From an uncultured Planctomycetota bacterium (lineage in GTDB: Bacteria > Planctomycetota > Planctomycetia > Isosphaerales > Isosphaeraceae), in NCBI GenBank assembly GCA_963845755.1, contig CAWJTV010000007.1:1-64000 (forward strand): DNA of 64,000 nt, written 5' to 3'. The position numbers and the translations under genes were made by a program. Below the pieces are notes generated by a model. The model was not told the DNA's origin. It saw only the letters and a list, made by a program, of their open reading frames with translations, and did no database searches. How positions within the stretch are numbered: the first letter of the stretch is position 1; every line of letters begins with the position of its first letter. This document shows positions 1 to 12,347 of the stretch, in pieces.

Positions 1-10
1 GGACAGCCAT
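1..10 (-). CDS. 5' end of a gene running off the window (MAV-P...), possibly ribosomal protein L32
   Basis: ATG GCT GTC C on the minus strand, preceded by GAAGGTG; only 3 full codons are visible. Confidence 0.2.
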
Positions 11-645
11 GGCACACCTTCACGGCCGAACCAGACGGCATCAGTTTGGGCTCTCGCTGTCGAACCACCTCAATCGTCGCAGGAGGACGGGGGCGGCCTT
101 CCGTGAAGTTTGCTCCGTAAAAAGAAGGCATCCAGGAAGGCAGGCGGAACCAGTTCCTTCGATTCGACGCTGAGAACTGTAACGAGCACTCGATCTTGTC
201 GTTATCCGGGTGGATTCTCGGGGTCTCGCGAACAACCCATCACGTCCGATAGGCAACTATCGTCGCGGATGGAGACATGCATCCTCTCGTGACAAGCACG
301 ATGCTTAAACGACCCACAACGCGGTCTCTTGCAATCGAGTGATTTCCTGGAGATAGCGTGACCGCGATGGCGGCAAGCACGTACGATGCCAAACTCTTGG
401 AAAAGTCGGCTTCTCGATAAAGGTTCATTCGGTGAATTATCGCCGAACTCCTCGCTTGTGATGACGGTACAGGATGGTGGCCGGCCTTGGGAAAACCACA
501 AGCGTGTTCTCCGTCCCCTCGTCTCAGGATCACCCTCGATGGCGGTCGCATTGAACATTTCAACGCGCCGCAGGGTGCGATGAAACGGCCTGTCGATCGT
601 TCCTCGTGAATGCAACTGCCACAAGGCCGGAGGAGGCCAGCGTTC

Positions 646-941
646 ATGTCGGATAAGACCTCGGAGTCTCCTGTTCGGATCATCGGCAGTCGAGAGCTTC
701 ACCAGAATCTGCCCGAATCCTCAGAGACTTGGAGAACGACAGCGTTCGGTATGTCCTGACCGTCCACGGCAAGCCGCGGGCCGTGCTCGTGGGCACCGAG
801 CCGTATCTCAGCATGATCATGGATGGTAAGGGCTCCAGCGAAGTCCTGGTCGGACTTCAGCTCTCCGCGCTGCTGGGCGGCAGCCTCACCGCCGTCTCCC
901 TAGACGACCTTCAAAAGGCCCTCAACACCAGGGAAAGCTAG
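646..941 (+). CDS. Phd/YefM-like antitoxin (frameshift near 718)
   Basis: GGAGG RBS, ATG at 646: MSDKTSESPVRIIGSRELHQNLPE joins the next frame LRDLENDSVRYVLTVHGKPRAVLV, a Phd-like N-terminal pattern. Confidence 0.6.
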
Positions 942-1006
942 GCCTCGAACCCCCCGGGAATCGGGGATACTCTTCGGGCCCCCGTGGGATTCCGCCTCGA
1001 TATCGC

Positions 1007-1679
1007 TCAAGTCTCGGGAACCGGAACCCCCTTGCACCTCATTCGCACGCGAACCGCCTCGATCAGGGGGGGAAGGATCGAGATGCCGATGATAGCGAAA
1101 ATCACCAGATGGAAGTTCTTCTGTACAATCTCCCGTCCGCCAAACCACCAACCCGCGACCAGGAACAGAATGACCCAGGCCGCCCCGCCGATCACGTTGT
1201 AGATCGCGAAGCGGAAGTAGTTCATCTTGCCGATGCCCGCAACAAACGGGGCGAACGTTCGGATGATCGGGATGAACCGCGCCAGGATGATGGTGAGGCC
1301 GCCATACTTCTCGTAGAATTCGTGGGCGCATCAAGTGCGTCTTGTTCAACAGCCGGGAGTGCTCGCGCGTGAAGACGTGTGGGCCGACGTGGTAGCCGAT
1401 GCTGTAATTGATCGCGTCGCCAAGGATCGCGGCCACGATCAGCAAGACGATCATCCAGGACAGATGGATTGGCGAACCGGAATGAGCCGTCGCGGCGAGC
1501 CACGGCGAAGAGCAGCGAATCGCCCGGCAGGAACGGGGTCACGACGAGACCCGTCTCGGCGAAGATGATGAGGAAGAGGGCGGCGTAGAGAGCCCCGGTC
1601 CGACGGCGAGGACGAACTCGTTGATCTTCTCCGGACTCAGGTGGATCAACGTATCGAAGAGCTGCTCGATCAATTCCAT
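1007..1679 (-). CDS. dedA: DedA family membrane protein (several frameshifts)
   Basis: [47 protein letters not shown] motifs spread over three frames. Confidence 0.9.
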
Positions 1680-1787
1680 CCGAGACTCCAATGGGGACCG
1701 CGACCCGCGAACGCGGCAGGATCAGGATCGGAATTCCGAGCGAGGCGGGCGCTCGACGTCGTTGCCATCGATCCGGAAAACGGGAAT

Positions 1788-2231
1788 TCACGGGGTAACC
1801 GGCTGGGTGAGTGCCTCATCGCGCGATCGGACAGGAAGGCGCACATTCCGGATTCCGGCCGCATCACAGGCCGAAAGGACATCGGCGAGATCCTGGTAGA
1901 CCAGCGAGGCATCCGCCCGGATCACGACGCCCTGGTTAACATAATGGCCCTTGGCCTCCCGAAGCGTCTTGACCAGCCCGTCGAGCTCGTAGGTGGACTC
2001 GCCCACCGCGACAACCCCGGGCTTGACCACCGTCAGGACCAGGTCGTCGGGAGCCGCGGTCAACGGCGCCGCTTCGACGACCTCCGGGACCTTGACCACG
2101 AATTCGTTTTCGTCCCAGTCGTAGAGACGCGTGGCCGCCATGAAGAAGACGAGGAGGCAGAGGATCACGTGGACCATCGGCGTCATGTTGATTACCGGTA
2201 GCTCGTCGGCCTGTGACCGGCTGGCAAGCAT
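1788..2231 (-). CDS. exbD: ExbD/TolR biopolymer transport protein
   Basis: [18 protein letters not shown] transmembrane motif, VVIRAD motif; adjacent to exbB. Confidence 0.9.
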   Translation of the reverse strand: MLASRSQADELPVINMTPMVHVILCLLVFFMAATRLYDWDENEFVVKVPEVVEAAPLTAAPDDLVLTVVKPGVVAVGESTYELDGLVKTLREAKGHYVNQGVVIRADASLVYQDLADVLSACDAAGIRNVRLPVRSRDEALTQPVTP

Positions 2232-2252
2232 CGAGAAGTTCCTTTCAGAGCG

Positions 2253-3283
2253 TCATGCGAGGGCGACCTCGTGGAAAATGGGGACAGGCATCCGGCCCGC
2301 GGACGCTTGGCCCGAACTCGATGGGTCACCCAGGGCCGGGCGCCAGTCCCGATTTTCGGTTGCCGTGTTCACAACGACCGGGACTCCTGGCGGAGTGGAT
2401 CGGGCGGGGACAGCGGCAGATGCCGTCGATCCGGAGCGCCGTGTCGCTGGGCTTCGGTGGAGACCAGCTCGATGACCTGCCGTGCGCGGTCGTCCAGCTC
2501 GCGGATCAGGACGTCCACCCGATTGAGGAAGACGTAATAGAATGCAACCGAGACCACCGCGACAGCCAGACCGAACGCGGTGGCGAACAAGGCCAGGCTG
2601 ATTCCCTGGGCCAGCCCTCCCCTCGGGCCGGTCCCACGCGGCCACCCAGAGCATCGAACGAATGCATGATCCCGACGACGGTGCCCAGCAGGCCGAGCAG
2701 TGGCCCGAGCGTCGCCATGGCGCTCAGGACCCGGAGATTGCGCTTCAGCTCGAGGACCTCACCGGCGGCGTCGTAGCTGAGGATCTGGCGGATCGTCACG
2801 CCGGGCTGCCCCCAGGCGTTGACCACCATCGCGAGGATCCGCGCCAGCGGTGAGTCATGTCGCCCGGCAAAGTTCCAGGGCTCGCTCCCGGTCGAGCTTC
2901 CCAGTGGAGAGCCGCTCGAGGAACCGTTCCGCGAACTCCTGAGGAATTACCCGATCCCGGCGTAACGCCAGCGCGCGCTCCAGCACGTAGCCAAGCGTGA
3001 CGATGGAACAGGCCACCAGCGGCCAGAGCATCGGGTTGGCCTGGAGCACCAGACGGACAATCCTCGAAAGATCCACGCCCGGGCGCGGTTCCGTTCTCGG
3101 CCGGATGGACGACGGCTCTTCGGTAACTCCTTGCCCACTGTCGCCGGCTCGGGTCGCTTTTGCCGCTTCGGTATCTCCCGTCGGCGTTTGGGCGCGCAGT
3201 CCGTTCGATTCCCGCAGAGAAAAAGCGGCTGCAATCAAGCACGCAATCAACAAGAGAGAAGAGCGCGGTCGGCCTGTCGTCAT
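2253..3283 (-). CDS. exbB: MotA/TolQ/ExbB proton channel protein (frameshifted)
   Basis: MLWPLVACSIVTLGYVLER, LSAMATLGPLLGLLGTVVGI, ATAFGLAVAV segments in different frames. Confidence 0.85.
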
Positions 3284-3375
3284 CGGTCAACTCCGGTTTC
3301 GCGACCGATGCATCTTAGCCCAGCTCCTGGGTTTTTCCCAGCAGGAGTTGAACGGATGAGGCGAGCGGTTAGCAC

Positions 3376-4383
<1,008 letters not shown>

Positions 4384-4484
4384 CGGTGTGTCCTCTTTCC
4401 ATTCACAGTTGGCGGTGTCGTCGTGGGGTGCTCTGTGAGTACCGGATGAGCCGGAGACCTGAGGAGAGGTGCTCACAGAGCACC

Positions 4485-5081
4485 CTACAAATCGGAATGG
4501 CCCGTTACTTCCGGCTCTGCGTGGACGGCGACGCCGGTTGGCATTTCGGAACCCTCATCTCGATCCCCCTCGAGCGATCTGTCCCCGCGCACCAGGGCGA
4601 TCCGTCCCGTACGGGCGACCTCGCGGATCCCGTAGGGGCGGACCTGTTCGATAAACGCCTCGATCTTCCTCTCCTGGCCGGAGATCTCGATCATCAACTG
4701 GTCGGGGCTGACGTCGACGATCCGGCCTCGGAAGATCTGCACGAGCGCCTGGATCTCCGGTCGGAGCGTCGCCGGTGCCTGGATCTTGATCAGCATCAGG
4801 TCCCGCTCGACGTAGTCCTCGCTTGAGATGTCGTGGACCTTCACGACGGTCACGATCTTCTCGAGCTGCTTGCGCACCTGTTCCAGGTGCCGATCGTCGC
4901 CCATGACGACCACCGTGAGCCGGGAGAGATTGGGATCTTCGGTCTCTCCGACGGCCAGGCTTTCGATGTTGAATCCCCGAGACGCGAACATCCCCGAGAC
5001 GTGAGCCAGCACGCCGGGCCGGTTCTGCACCAGCGCCGAGAGTAAGTGACGCCTACGCCCCGAATCGGACTGGACCGACAT
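4485..5081 (-). CDS. ilvN: acetolactate synthase small subunit
   Basis: [36 protein letters not shown] domain; [10 protein letters not shown]. Confidence 0.95.
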   Translation of the reverse strand: MSVQSDSGRRRHLLSALVQNRPGVLAHVSGMFASRGFNIESLAVGETEDPNLSRLTVVVMGDDRHLEQVRKQLEKIVTVVKVHDISSEDYVERDLMLIKIQAPATLRPEIQALVQIFRGRIVDVSPDQLMIEISGQERKIEAFIEQVRPYGIREVARTGRIALVRGDRSLEGDRDEGSEMPTGVAVHAEPEVTGHSDL

Positions 5082-5160
5082 GCCCCGCCCCTCCAATTCC
5101 TTGCAGGAAGGGGCTCCGTCCCCGATTCCGCCTGACTCCGGCTGGCTCATCCAGAATACG

Positions 5161-6822
5161 TTACGGTTGATTCTGTGGGAACGGAGGATTGAGGCCGGGA
5201 ATCCCGACAGGCGGCGTCGGGCCCGCCGCGGGCCCCTTGGGCTTGAGGAGCGTCGTGAAATCCAGGTTGATCTGGTTGAAGCTCTCTCCGGTCGTCACGT
5301 AATACCAGGGGCCGAACCGATCGGTGAGTTCCTGGACGCGCTTCCGGCCGTCGGCGAGCTTCTTCTCGTGATCGGCCTGATCGCGTTTTTCCTTGTCCTC
5401 GGCAGTCTTCTGGTCGGCCAGGTACTTGGGGTCCTTCGGGTCAGGCGCGAATGGATTGTCGGGAATCACGGACGGATCGGCGGGCGCGGGCGCCTCCTTC
5501 TCGGGCTTGGGGATGATCGTCGGGTCGAATGCGACTCTCACCATCAAGTACCGGCTCTCCTGCGTTCCCTCGGGTTTCTTGGCGGCATCCTTCTTGGTCT
5601 CCTCCGTCTTCTTGGCGGTGTCGGGCGTTCCGGCGGTCAACTCGTCGCCGGTGGCGAAGACCGGACCGCCGTAACGGAGCGTGTAGACCACGCCCTCATC
5701 GGTCGTGACGATCACATCGCCCTGATCGGAGTAGAGACCGTCACGGAGGAGGTAGAATCCCTTGTTCCGAAGTCCGATGATGGCCTGATTGAGCTGCGCG
5801 ATCTGCTCGCGGCGCTCGTTCGGCAACGAACTCGGGTTGCTCTCGAGGAGCTTGATTTGCTCGAGCAGCTCGCGTCCCGGGTCGTTCGGATCCTTGAAAC
5901 CCGGCGGCTTGGGCCTCACGCCAACGATCTTGAGGTCGCCCAGTGCCTCGGTGAGCGATCGCAAGCGATCCTCGTTGAGCTCCTGGTCGGGGGGGATTCC
6001 CGCGCTGGTCCGCGTGCCCTTGTCGTCCGGCCGCTCGATCGTCACCTTCGACCATGGGCCGCTCGAATCCTTCCGTTCGAGGGAGATCCTGTCCCCGTGC
6101 GCGGGCCTCATGAACGAGCCCTGGGCATCGCGGTCTTCGACGAGCCGGTAATTGTCGAAGACAATCCGGCGGATCCGGCCGGTCTCGACCTTGAGCAGGT
6201 TCGTCTCGATCCAGTCGGCGAACTTCGTGGAGAGGTCGGCCTTGACGGCGACGCCATAGGTCCGCTTCTGGTCGGGTACTCGCACGTAATGCGGTGCATC
6301 CCCTTCCTTGCGCGACGCCCCCTTGACCTCGTTGCCGATGATGAAATCGGCCAGGACTTTCTCCGACGCATCCCGCAGGGTCACCCGCTTGCCCCGTCCC
6401 TGGAGAGACGTGGACTTGACGTCGAGCGGGTCGACGACGCCCATCGTCTGCTGTTCCTCGACCTTGTCGCTGCGGATCGTGTCCTTGGTCAGGTCCATGA
6501 CCGCGGCGGCCGTCTTCGAGAGTCGGTCGCGGGCATCGGCCGGATAATCATTGTGCGACGGGATCACCCACTTATTATTCTTGAACATCACCCGGAATCG
6601 CGACGCCGTCGCCGTCGACGGCTCGAAGCTGACGACTTCCAGGTCCGTGCACGCCAGGGGATCCTTGAACTCCGGGAAGAACGGCTTCCCCTGGTCGTCG
6701 AACCGGGCGGCGTTCTTCTGAGTACGGTCCCGAGTGCTGACAAACGCCGCGCCGGTCAGCGCCAGGGCCACGACGACGAAAACCAAGGTCTTGAGCAGGT
6801 CGTTCATAACGCTCGTCTCCAT
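5161..6822 (-). CDS. DUF4340-type secreted protein of the GldG/ABC cluster
   Basis: N-terminal hydrophobic segment, WVIPSHNDYPAD, YVRVPDQ motifs; operonic with the GldG/ABC genes. Confidence 0.75.
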   Translation of the reverse strand: METSVMNDLLKTLVFVVVALALTGAAFVSTRDRTQKNAARFDDQGKPFFPEFKDPLACTDLEVVSFEPSTATASRFRVMFKNNKWVIPSHNDYPADARDRLSKTAAAVMDLTKDTIRSDKVEEQQTMGVVDPLDVKSTSLQGRGKRVTLRDASEKVLADFIIGNEVKGASRKEGDAPHYVRVPDQKRTYGVAVKADLSTKFADWIETNLLKVETGRIRRIVFDNYRLVEDRDAQGSFMRPAHGDRISLERKDSSGPWSKVTIERPDDKGTRTSAGIPPDQELNEDRLRSLTEALGDLKIVGVRPKPPGFKDPNDPGRELLEQIKLLESNPSSLPNERREQIAQLNQAIIGLRNKGFYLLRDGLYSDQGDVIVTTDEGVVYTLRYGGPVFATGDELTAGTPDTAKKTEETKKDAAKKPEGTQESRYLMVRVAFDPTIIPKPEKEAPAPADPSVIPDNPFAPDPKDPKYLADQKTAEDKEKRDQADHEKKLADGRKRVQELTDRFGPWYYVTTGESFNQINLDFTTLLKPKGPAAGPTPPVGIPGLNPPFPQNQP

Positions 6823-6969
6823 ATATGGTCTGTGGACTGTGGTCGGCGAAGAAGAGCGTGGGACGCCGCCGGGGCTTATCCTCCCTCACCCGACGAATCG
6901 AGAGCCGAGTGGATGAGGTGAGGAATGGTCCCTGGATTCTTCTGAGCACCGACCACTGACCACGGCCGG

Positions 6970-9843
6970 CTAGGCCAGTCTCTTCGGGTTGGCTCCGACG
7001 TTCTCGCGACTGGCCCGGACGATCCAGACCACCAGGCCCAGGATCAGGGGCGGCAACGGGGGCAAGGCCGCGGCCCTGAAGCGCACGTCATTCTGAATCT
7101 GTCGAACCTTCCGCTCGCTCTCGGCCTTGCTCTCGCGGATCTTGGCTTCCTTCTCGTCCTCGATGACGGCCTTCTTGACGTCGAGGCGGCGCTGAGCGAC
7201 CTCCTGGAGGTTGGCGAGTTGGATCTTCTTGGTCATCTCGTCCAGGTCGGTGCGGTTCTGCACCTGATCGACCTGGGCGGAGAAAGCTTTCTGGGCCTCG
7301 TCCAGCTCGGTCTTGGCCTCATCCTCGGCCGACTTGGTCTCTTCCAGGAGCTGGGTCTTGAACGTGTTGGCCTGCTCCTCCACCTTGATCAAGGTGCGGT
7401 GCTTGATCCGCTTCTTCCGCAGGCTCACGAAGGACTCGTCGCCGGCCAGGACGTCCACGCAGTTGAGCACGAAGGGGATGTTATCGAAGTCGAGGTTCTC
7501 GACCTTCTGCCGGCGCAACTGGAAGAACTGCTCGCCGATCATATCCAGGTCGGCGACGGCGATGACGTTGATTTTGGCCGACGGCTTCGAATCGTTTTTC
7601 TTCGGCTCATCCTTCTTGGCGGCAGCGTCTTGAGGCTTGGCCGGTTCGGCGTCGGCCGGTACCGTGCCGGTGATGCGGGCGGCCAGCGTGTAGGCCTCGC
7701 CCGAGGGGATGTAACGGCGGCGCGGGCTCAGTCCGGAGAAGCCCATGAAGCTCTGCTGGGCAATTTCGTTCCAGAAAAGGACGCCGCCGGAACGGCTGGC
7801 GCGGAGCAACGGGATGAACTCGGTGCCGCGGCCCGCCGCCGAGGAGCGGAGCAGGCCCGGGAAGATGGTGACGATCTCCTGGAGCCCCGCGCTGGCGATC
7901 TGGTCGGCGTTGAACGCATCGTTCTCGCCGCTTCCCTTGCCGATGAAGACGATCTCGCGGGGCAACTCGAGCTGGGGATGAGGATTGTACGCGTTCCAGA
8001 CGATTTCCGAGGTGGGCCAGTCGATCCCGACCAGGTCGAGGAGAGGGCGAATGTTCCCCTTGGGCTCCGGCGGCGGGCCGCCGCCGAAGGGCCCGCCCGG
8101 CGACTGCTTGGGCAACTCCGGCGAAATCGACGGGTTCTCGTAGGGGAATGGATCGAGGAAGAGCAGCGTGGCCCCGCCCTGTTTCACGTAGTCGGTCAGG
8201 TTATCGACCTGCTTTTGATTCAGCGAGGAAGGCTGGGCGACGAGCAGGACATTGATATCGCTGGAGATCGGACCGTCCGGCGCGATCGAGCTGACATCGT
8301 ATTGTTTCTTCAGCTCGGTGACGATCGACCACTCCGGGTTCTGGCTGAAGCTGCGCATGTCGAACCCGCCCAGCATCTTGGCGTCGGTACTGAGGATGCC
8401 GACTTTCTTGCGCCCGCTCCGCGAGACGACGCGGATGGATCGCGTCAACTCGTATTCCACCGGCAGACCGCGGTCGAAGAACGGGATGACGACTTCCTCG
8501 AGGCCCGAGGTGAACGCCACGCCGAGGAAGATCTCTGTTGACACATTCTTCCCGAGGTCGGCCGTGAAAACGCGGCGCGGCTGGATCCCGAACTGTTTCT
8601 CCGCCTCGCGGGCCTCGTCGGAATAGAGCTCGGTGGGGACGAGGTTCAACTGGATCTTGCCCCCACTGTATGCCGCGTATTCCTTGAGGAGCTCGAGCAC
8701 GTCGGCCTTGGTCTCGACGAACTCGCGAGGGACTTCCGGACTGTAGTAGGCCTGGATGAGCACCAGCCGATTTTCGGGGATCTGCTTGACAAGTTCGAGC
8801 GACCCGCGCGACAGGGTGTGCAGCCGCTCGGCACTCGCGTCGGCTCGGAGCGGGCCCACCAAGGGGAGATTCACCTGTTCCAGGATGATGTCGAGGCTGA
8901 ACAGGGCGAGGATCACGGCCGCGAACCGAATCACCGAATGGAGCCAGCGCCCGCGACTGGCCTCGCCGCCCGCCCAGTGTCGGCGACCCAGCAGCATCAT
9001 GTTCAGATAGAGCATTGCCGCCGCCACGCCGGTGAAATACAGGATCCCCGGGACGGTGATCACGCCGGTGCCGAACTCCTGGAACTGCGAGGGGACCGAC
9101 CAGCCTTCGACCAGCCGCCCCACCGCGGCGCCCGCCTCCGGGCCGGAGGCCCCCAGGAACGTCGTCGCCACGAATTGCAGGCCGCGGCTCCTGAGGAGGA
9201 ACTCCACGGTGGGCGAGCCCATCAACCCGAGGAAGATCGGTATCGCGCAGAACACGGCGCCCAGGATGAACGCCACGGTGACGTTCGAGGACAGCAGCGA
9301 AGCAACCATCCCAACGGCGATCAGCAGGACGCCCATGAGCCAGTAGCCGAGATAGGTTGCGAACAGAACGCCGTAATCGGGCTCGCCCAGTGTTCGAAGG
9401 ATCACTACGTGCGAGAGGCAGAAGAACAAGGCCACCGAGTAGATTCCCAGCGCCGCCAGATACTTGCCGAGGACGACGTCGAGGTCGTGCGCGGGGAGCG
9501 TCAGGAGCAGCTCGTCGGTACCCTGCCGGCGTTCGTCGGCCCATGAGCTCATGGTGATTGCCGGGATGAAGAACAAGAGCAGGTACGGCATGTACCGGTT
9601 GAGCTGATCCAGGCTCGCCAGATTGTTGGTGAAGAACACATCTTGCCAGAAGGCCACGCACGAGCTGATGAAGACGAACAGGGTGATGAAGACGTAGCCG
9701 GCCGGGTTGCTGAAATAGCTCAGGAAGTTCCGCTTGAAGACCGCCCAGATCACGTGAGGGCGGAACGGCTTCGGCCGGTCGGCGCGGGGGCTCGACGGAG
9801 CCCGCTCTTTGTTGCTGGTCGGTTGGGTTTCAAGCGTGGTCAC
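6970..9843 (-). CDS. ABC-2 permease fused to GldG-like auxiliary domain
   Basis: 957 aa; WADERRQGTDELLLTLP and VVLGKYLAA permease motifs followed by VEYELTRSI and NIPFVLNCVDVL. Confidence 0.9.
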   Translation of the reverse strand: MTTLETQPTSNKERAPSSPRADRPKPFRPHVIWAVFKRNFLSYFSNPAGYVFITLFVFISSCVAFWQDVFFTNNLASLDQLNRYMPYLLLFFIPAITMSSWADERRQGTDELLLTLPAHDLDVVLGKYLAALGIYSVALFFCLSHVVILRTLGEPDYGVLFATYLGYWLMGVLLIAVGMVASLLSSNVTVAFILGAVFCAIPIFLGLMGSPTVEFLLRSRGLQFVATTFLGASGPEAGAAVGRLVEGWSVPSQFQEFGTGVITVPGILYFTGVAAAMLYLNMMLLGRRHWAGGEASRGRWLHSVIRFAAVILALFSLDIILEQVNLPLVGPLRADASAERLHTLSRGSLELVKQIPENRLVLIQAYYSPEVPREFVETKADVLELLKEYAAYSGGKIQLNLVPTELYSDEAREAEKQFGIQPRRVFTADLGKNVSTEIFLGVAFTSGLEEVVIPFFDRGLPVEYELTRSIRVVSRSGRKKVGILSTDAKMLGGFDMRSFSQNPEWSIVTELKKQYDVSSIAPDGPISSDINVLLVAQPSSLNQKQVDNLTDYVKQGGATLLFLDPFPYENPSISPELPKQSPGGPFGGGPPPEPKGNIRPLLDLVGIDWPTSEIVWNAYNPHPQLELPREIVFIGKGSGENDAFNADQIASAGLQEIVTIFPGLLRSSAAGRGTEFIPLLRASRSGGVLFWNEIAQQSFMGFSGLSPRRRYIPSGEAYTLAARITGTVPADAEPAKPQDAAAKKDEPKKNDSKPSAKINVIAVADLDMIGEQFFQLRRQKVENLDFDNIPFVLNCVDVLAGDESFVSLRKKRIKHRTLIKVEEQANTFKTQLLEETKSAEDEAKTELDEAQKAFSAQVDQVQNRTDLDEMTKKIQLANLQEVAQRRLDVKKAVIEDEKEAKIRESKAESERKVRQIQNDVRFRAAALPPLPPLILGLVVWIVRASRENVGANPKRLA

Positions 9844-9986
9844 CGCGGATCATCCTCTCTTGGAGCAGTGTTCCGTATCCGGCGTTCCGTGGCTCGCGGG
9901 AGTCATTGGTCCACGGTTGCTGAAAACGGAGGTTGTCAGCAGTTCGCAAAACTGATGTACATTCACAACGTTGTTCACCGGTCAGA

Positions 9987-10715
9987 TCAGACCGGCTGCG
10001 CGGTCAGCTTGTAGAAGGCCTGTTCGAGGTTCCCATTCTGGTGAGCCAATTGCCCCGGCTGGCCGTCGAAGACGATCTTTCCGTCGTGGATGAACAGGAC
10101 GCGATCGGCGACCGGCTCGACCTCCTGGAGGATGTGGGTGGAGACCAGCACGGTCTTCGACTGGCCGAGGTCCCGGATCAACTGGCGGACGCCGCGAATC
10201 TGGTTGGGGTCCAGCCCGCTGGTCGGCTCGTCCATGATAAGGACCTGGGGGTCGTGCAGCAGTGCCTGTGCCATCGAGACCCGCTGGCGATACCCCTTGG
10301 AGAGCTTACCGATGGCTTTGTGGGCGACGGTTTCCAGGGAACATTGACCGATGACGGCGTCCACCCGGCCGTGTAGACGGGCGTGCGACATTCCGCGCGC
10401 TGCGCCAAAGAACCGGAGCAAGGCGATCGGGGTCATGTCGGAATAGAGCGGCCCGTTCTCCGGCAGGTAGCCCAGATGCTGGGCGGCGGCGATCCGATCG
10501 TGCTGAACGTCGATGCCGGCGATCCGGGCCATGCCGTGCGTGGGCGCGACGAACCCGGTCAGGAGCCGCATCGTCGTCGTCTTCCCGGCGCCGTTAGGAC
10601 CGAGGAAGGCGACCACTTGCCCTTTGGGAATCGTGAACGAGACGTCTCGAACCGCCAGAAACGACCCGAACTGTTTGCAGAGCCCATCGGCTTCGATCAT
10701 GACGGGCGTGGACAT
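9987..10715 (-). CDS. ABC transporter ATP-binding protein (GldA-like)
   Basis: GPNGAGKTT Walker A, LSKGYRQR signature, LIMDEPT Walker B. Confidence 0.95.
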   Translation of the reverse strand: MSTPVMIEADGLCKQFGSFLAVRDVSFTIPKGQVVAFLGPNGAGKTTTMRLLTGFVAPTHGMARIAGIDVQHDRIAAAQHLGYLPENGPLYSDMTPIALLRFFGAARGMSHARLHGRVDAVIGQCSLETVAHKAIGKLSKGYRQRVSMAQALLHDPQVLIMDEPTSGLDPNQIRGVRQLIRDLGQSKTVLVSTHILQEVEPVADRVLFIHDGKIVFDGQPGQLAHQNGNLEQAFYKLTAQPV

Positions 10716-11044
10716 ACCGGCGCAATCCTCCGCTGTATCTCTGACGATGATCCCGTGCCCGAGGTTCCCGTCCCTTTGCGTGCATCCGTTGTCACTGGCA
10801 CGATGGAGGCGGGGACCACCGAACGATACGGTGTAACCCCACCCGTAAGGGCAAGGTGCGCAGCCCTCTCACCAAGAGTACGAAAGGCTGGCAGAATGTG
10901 TTCATTATGCGCAGACCGGTCCGGCGACGCAACCGTCTGGAATCCATAGTCGGTGCCGATTCGTCGGTGGTAACTTGGTCGAGACGCGAAGCTCGTTCGG
11001 ATCGCCGGACGTGCTGAGTTCCAGGATCCCGCCGAGGAACGGCC

Positions 11045-12083
11045 ATGCGAACCACCAAGCCTCCGTTACGCGGCGCGCTGATCGGCTGCGGTTATGTCTC
11101 CGGCTTCCACCTGACAGCCTGGTCGCGCGTATTGCATTCCGAACTCGTGGCGCTGTGCGACACGAACCAGGAGCGCCTGGAACAAGCCGGTGCGCGAATG
11201 CCGCAGGCCCGCCGCTACACCGAGGCGGCCGAGATGTTCGACCGAGAGGCGGGCCTCGATTTCGTGGAGATTTGCACCCCGCCGGAGCCACACCGCGAGT
11301 TGGTCGCTCGCGCGGCCGGGTATAGGGCCCACATCCTCTGTCAGAAGCCGGCGGCGCTGGATCGCTCGGACTTCTGTCGCCATGATCGAGACCTGCAGCG
11401 CGGCCGGCGTGCGGCTGATGATCCATGAGAACTGGCGATTCCGCCCATGGTATCGTGCAATCCGTGCGATGATCGACTCCGGTGTGATTGGCCGGCCGAT
11501 CCGGCTGCGGATCGCTCACCACGACACCCGAGCGCTGCGGCCCGACGGTTTCGTCAATCAACCTTATCTCGCAGCGATGCCCCGATTGATCCTGATGGAT
11601 GTCGGTTGTCATCTGGTCGACACGGCGCGCTACCTGCTCGGAGAGATCGAGACGGTCATGGCGACGATCGGTCGGTTCGGACGACGCAATGTGGGCGAGG
11701 ATCTGGCGATGCTGACGGTCTCGTTTGCCGGCGGTGCGCTGGGTTCTCTCGACATGAGTTGGTGCACGGCCCCGGACCAGGCGCGGCCGGACTGGGCGCT
11801 CAACCCGACCGTGGTCGAGGGGACCGATGGGACCTTGCGACTCCTGATCAACGGGTCGATTGAATGGACCGGTCCCGACGGAAACCGGCAGGTCCGGGTC
11901 GTCGCGCTTCCGCCGGACGACCAGGTCTACGTCGAAGGCTATGCCGCCACGCAACGGCATTTCATCAACGGCCTCATCGCGGCCACCGAGCACGAGACCC
12001 GGGCTTCCGACAATCTTAAAACGATGGATGTCATCTGGACGGCCTATCGCGCGGCCGAGGAAGGTCGCAGCCTCTCGGTCTGA
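11045..12083 (+). CDS. Gfo/Idh/MocA oxidoreductase (frameshift ~11370)
   Basis: GALIGCG, HILCQKP, IHENWRFRPWY, LMDVGCHLVD. Confidence 0.9.
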
Positions 12084-12163
12084 ATTCCGTGCCGAACCTC
12101 ACGCTTGCCCGCGGGTGCGCTCAGTGGTTACGATAGCGGAGGTAATGCTCGCTTGATCGACCC

Positions 12164-12237
<74 letters not shown>

Positions 12238-12347
12238 TTTGACATAACATCCGCCGAAAGCAAGACTTAGCTTACCTGTCGAATCCGACAGAGCGGCCCC
12301 TTTCAAACCCAAGAAAGCCGGTAGTCTACCGGATTTGGGGCCGTACC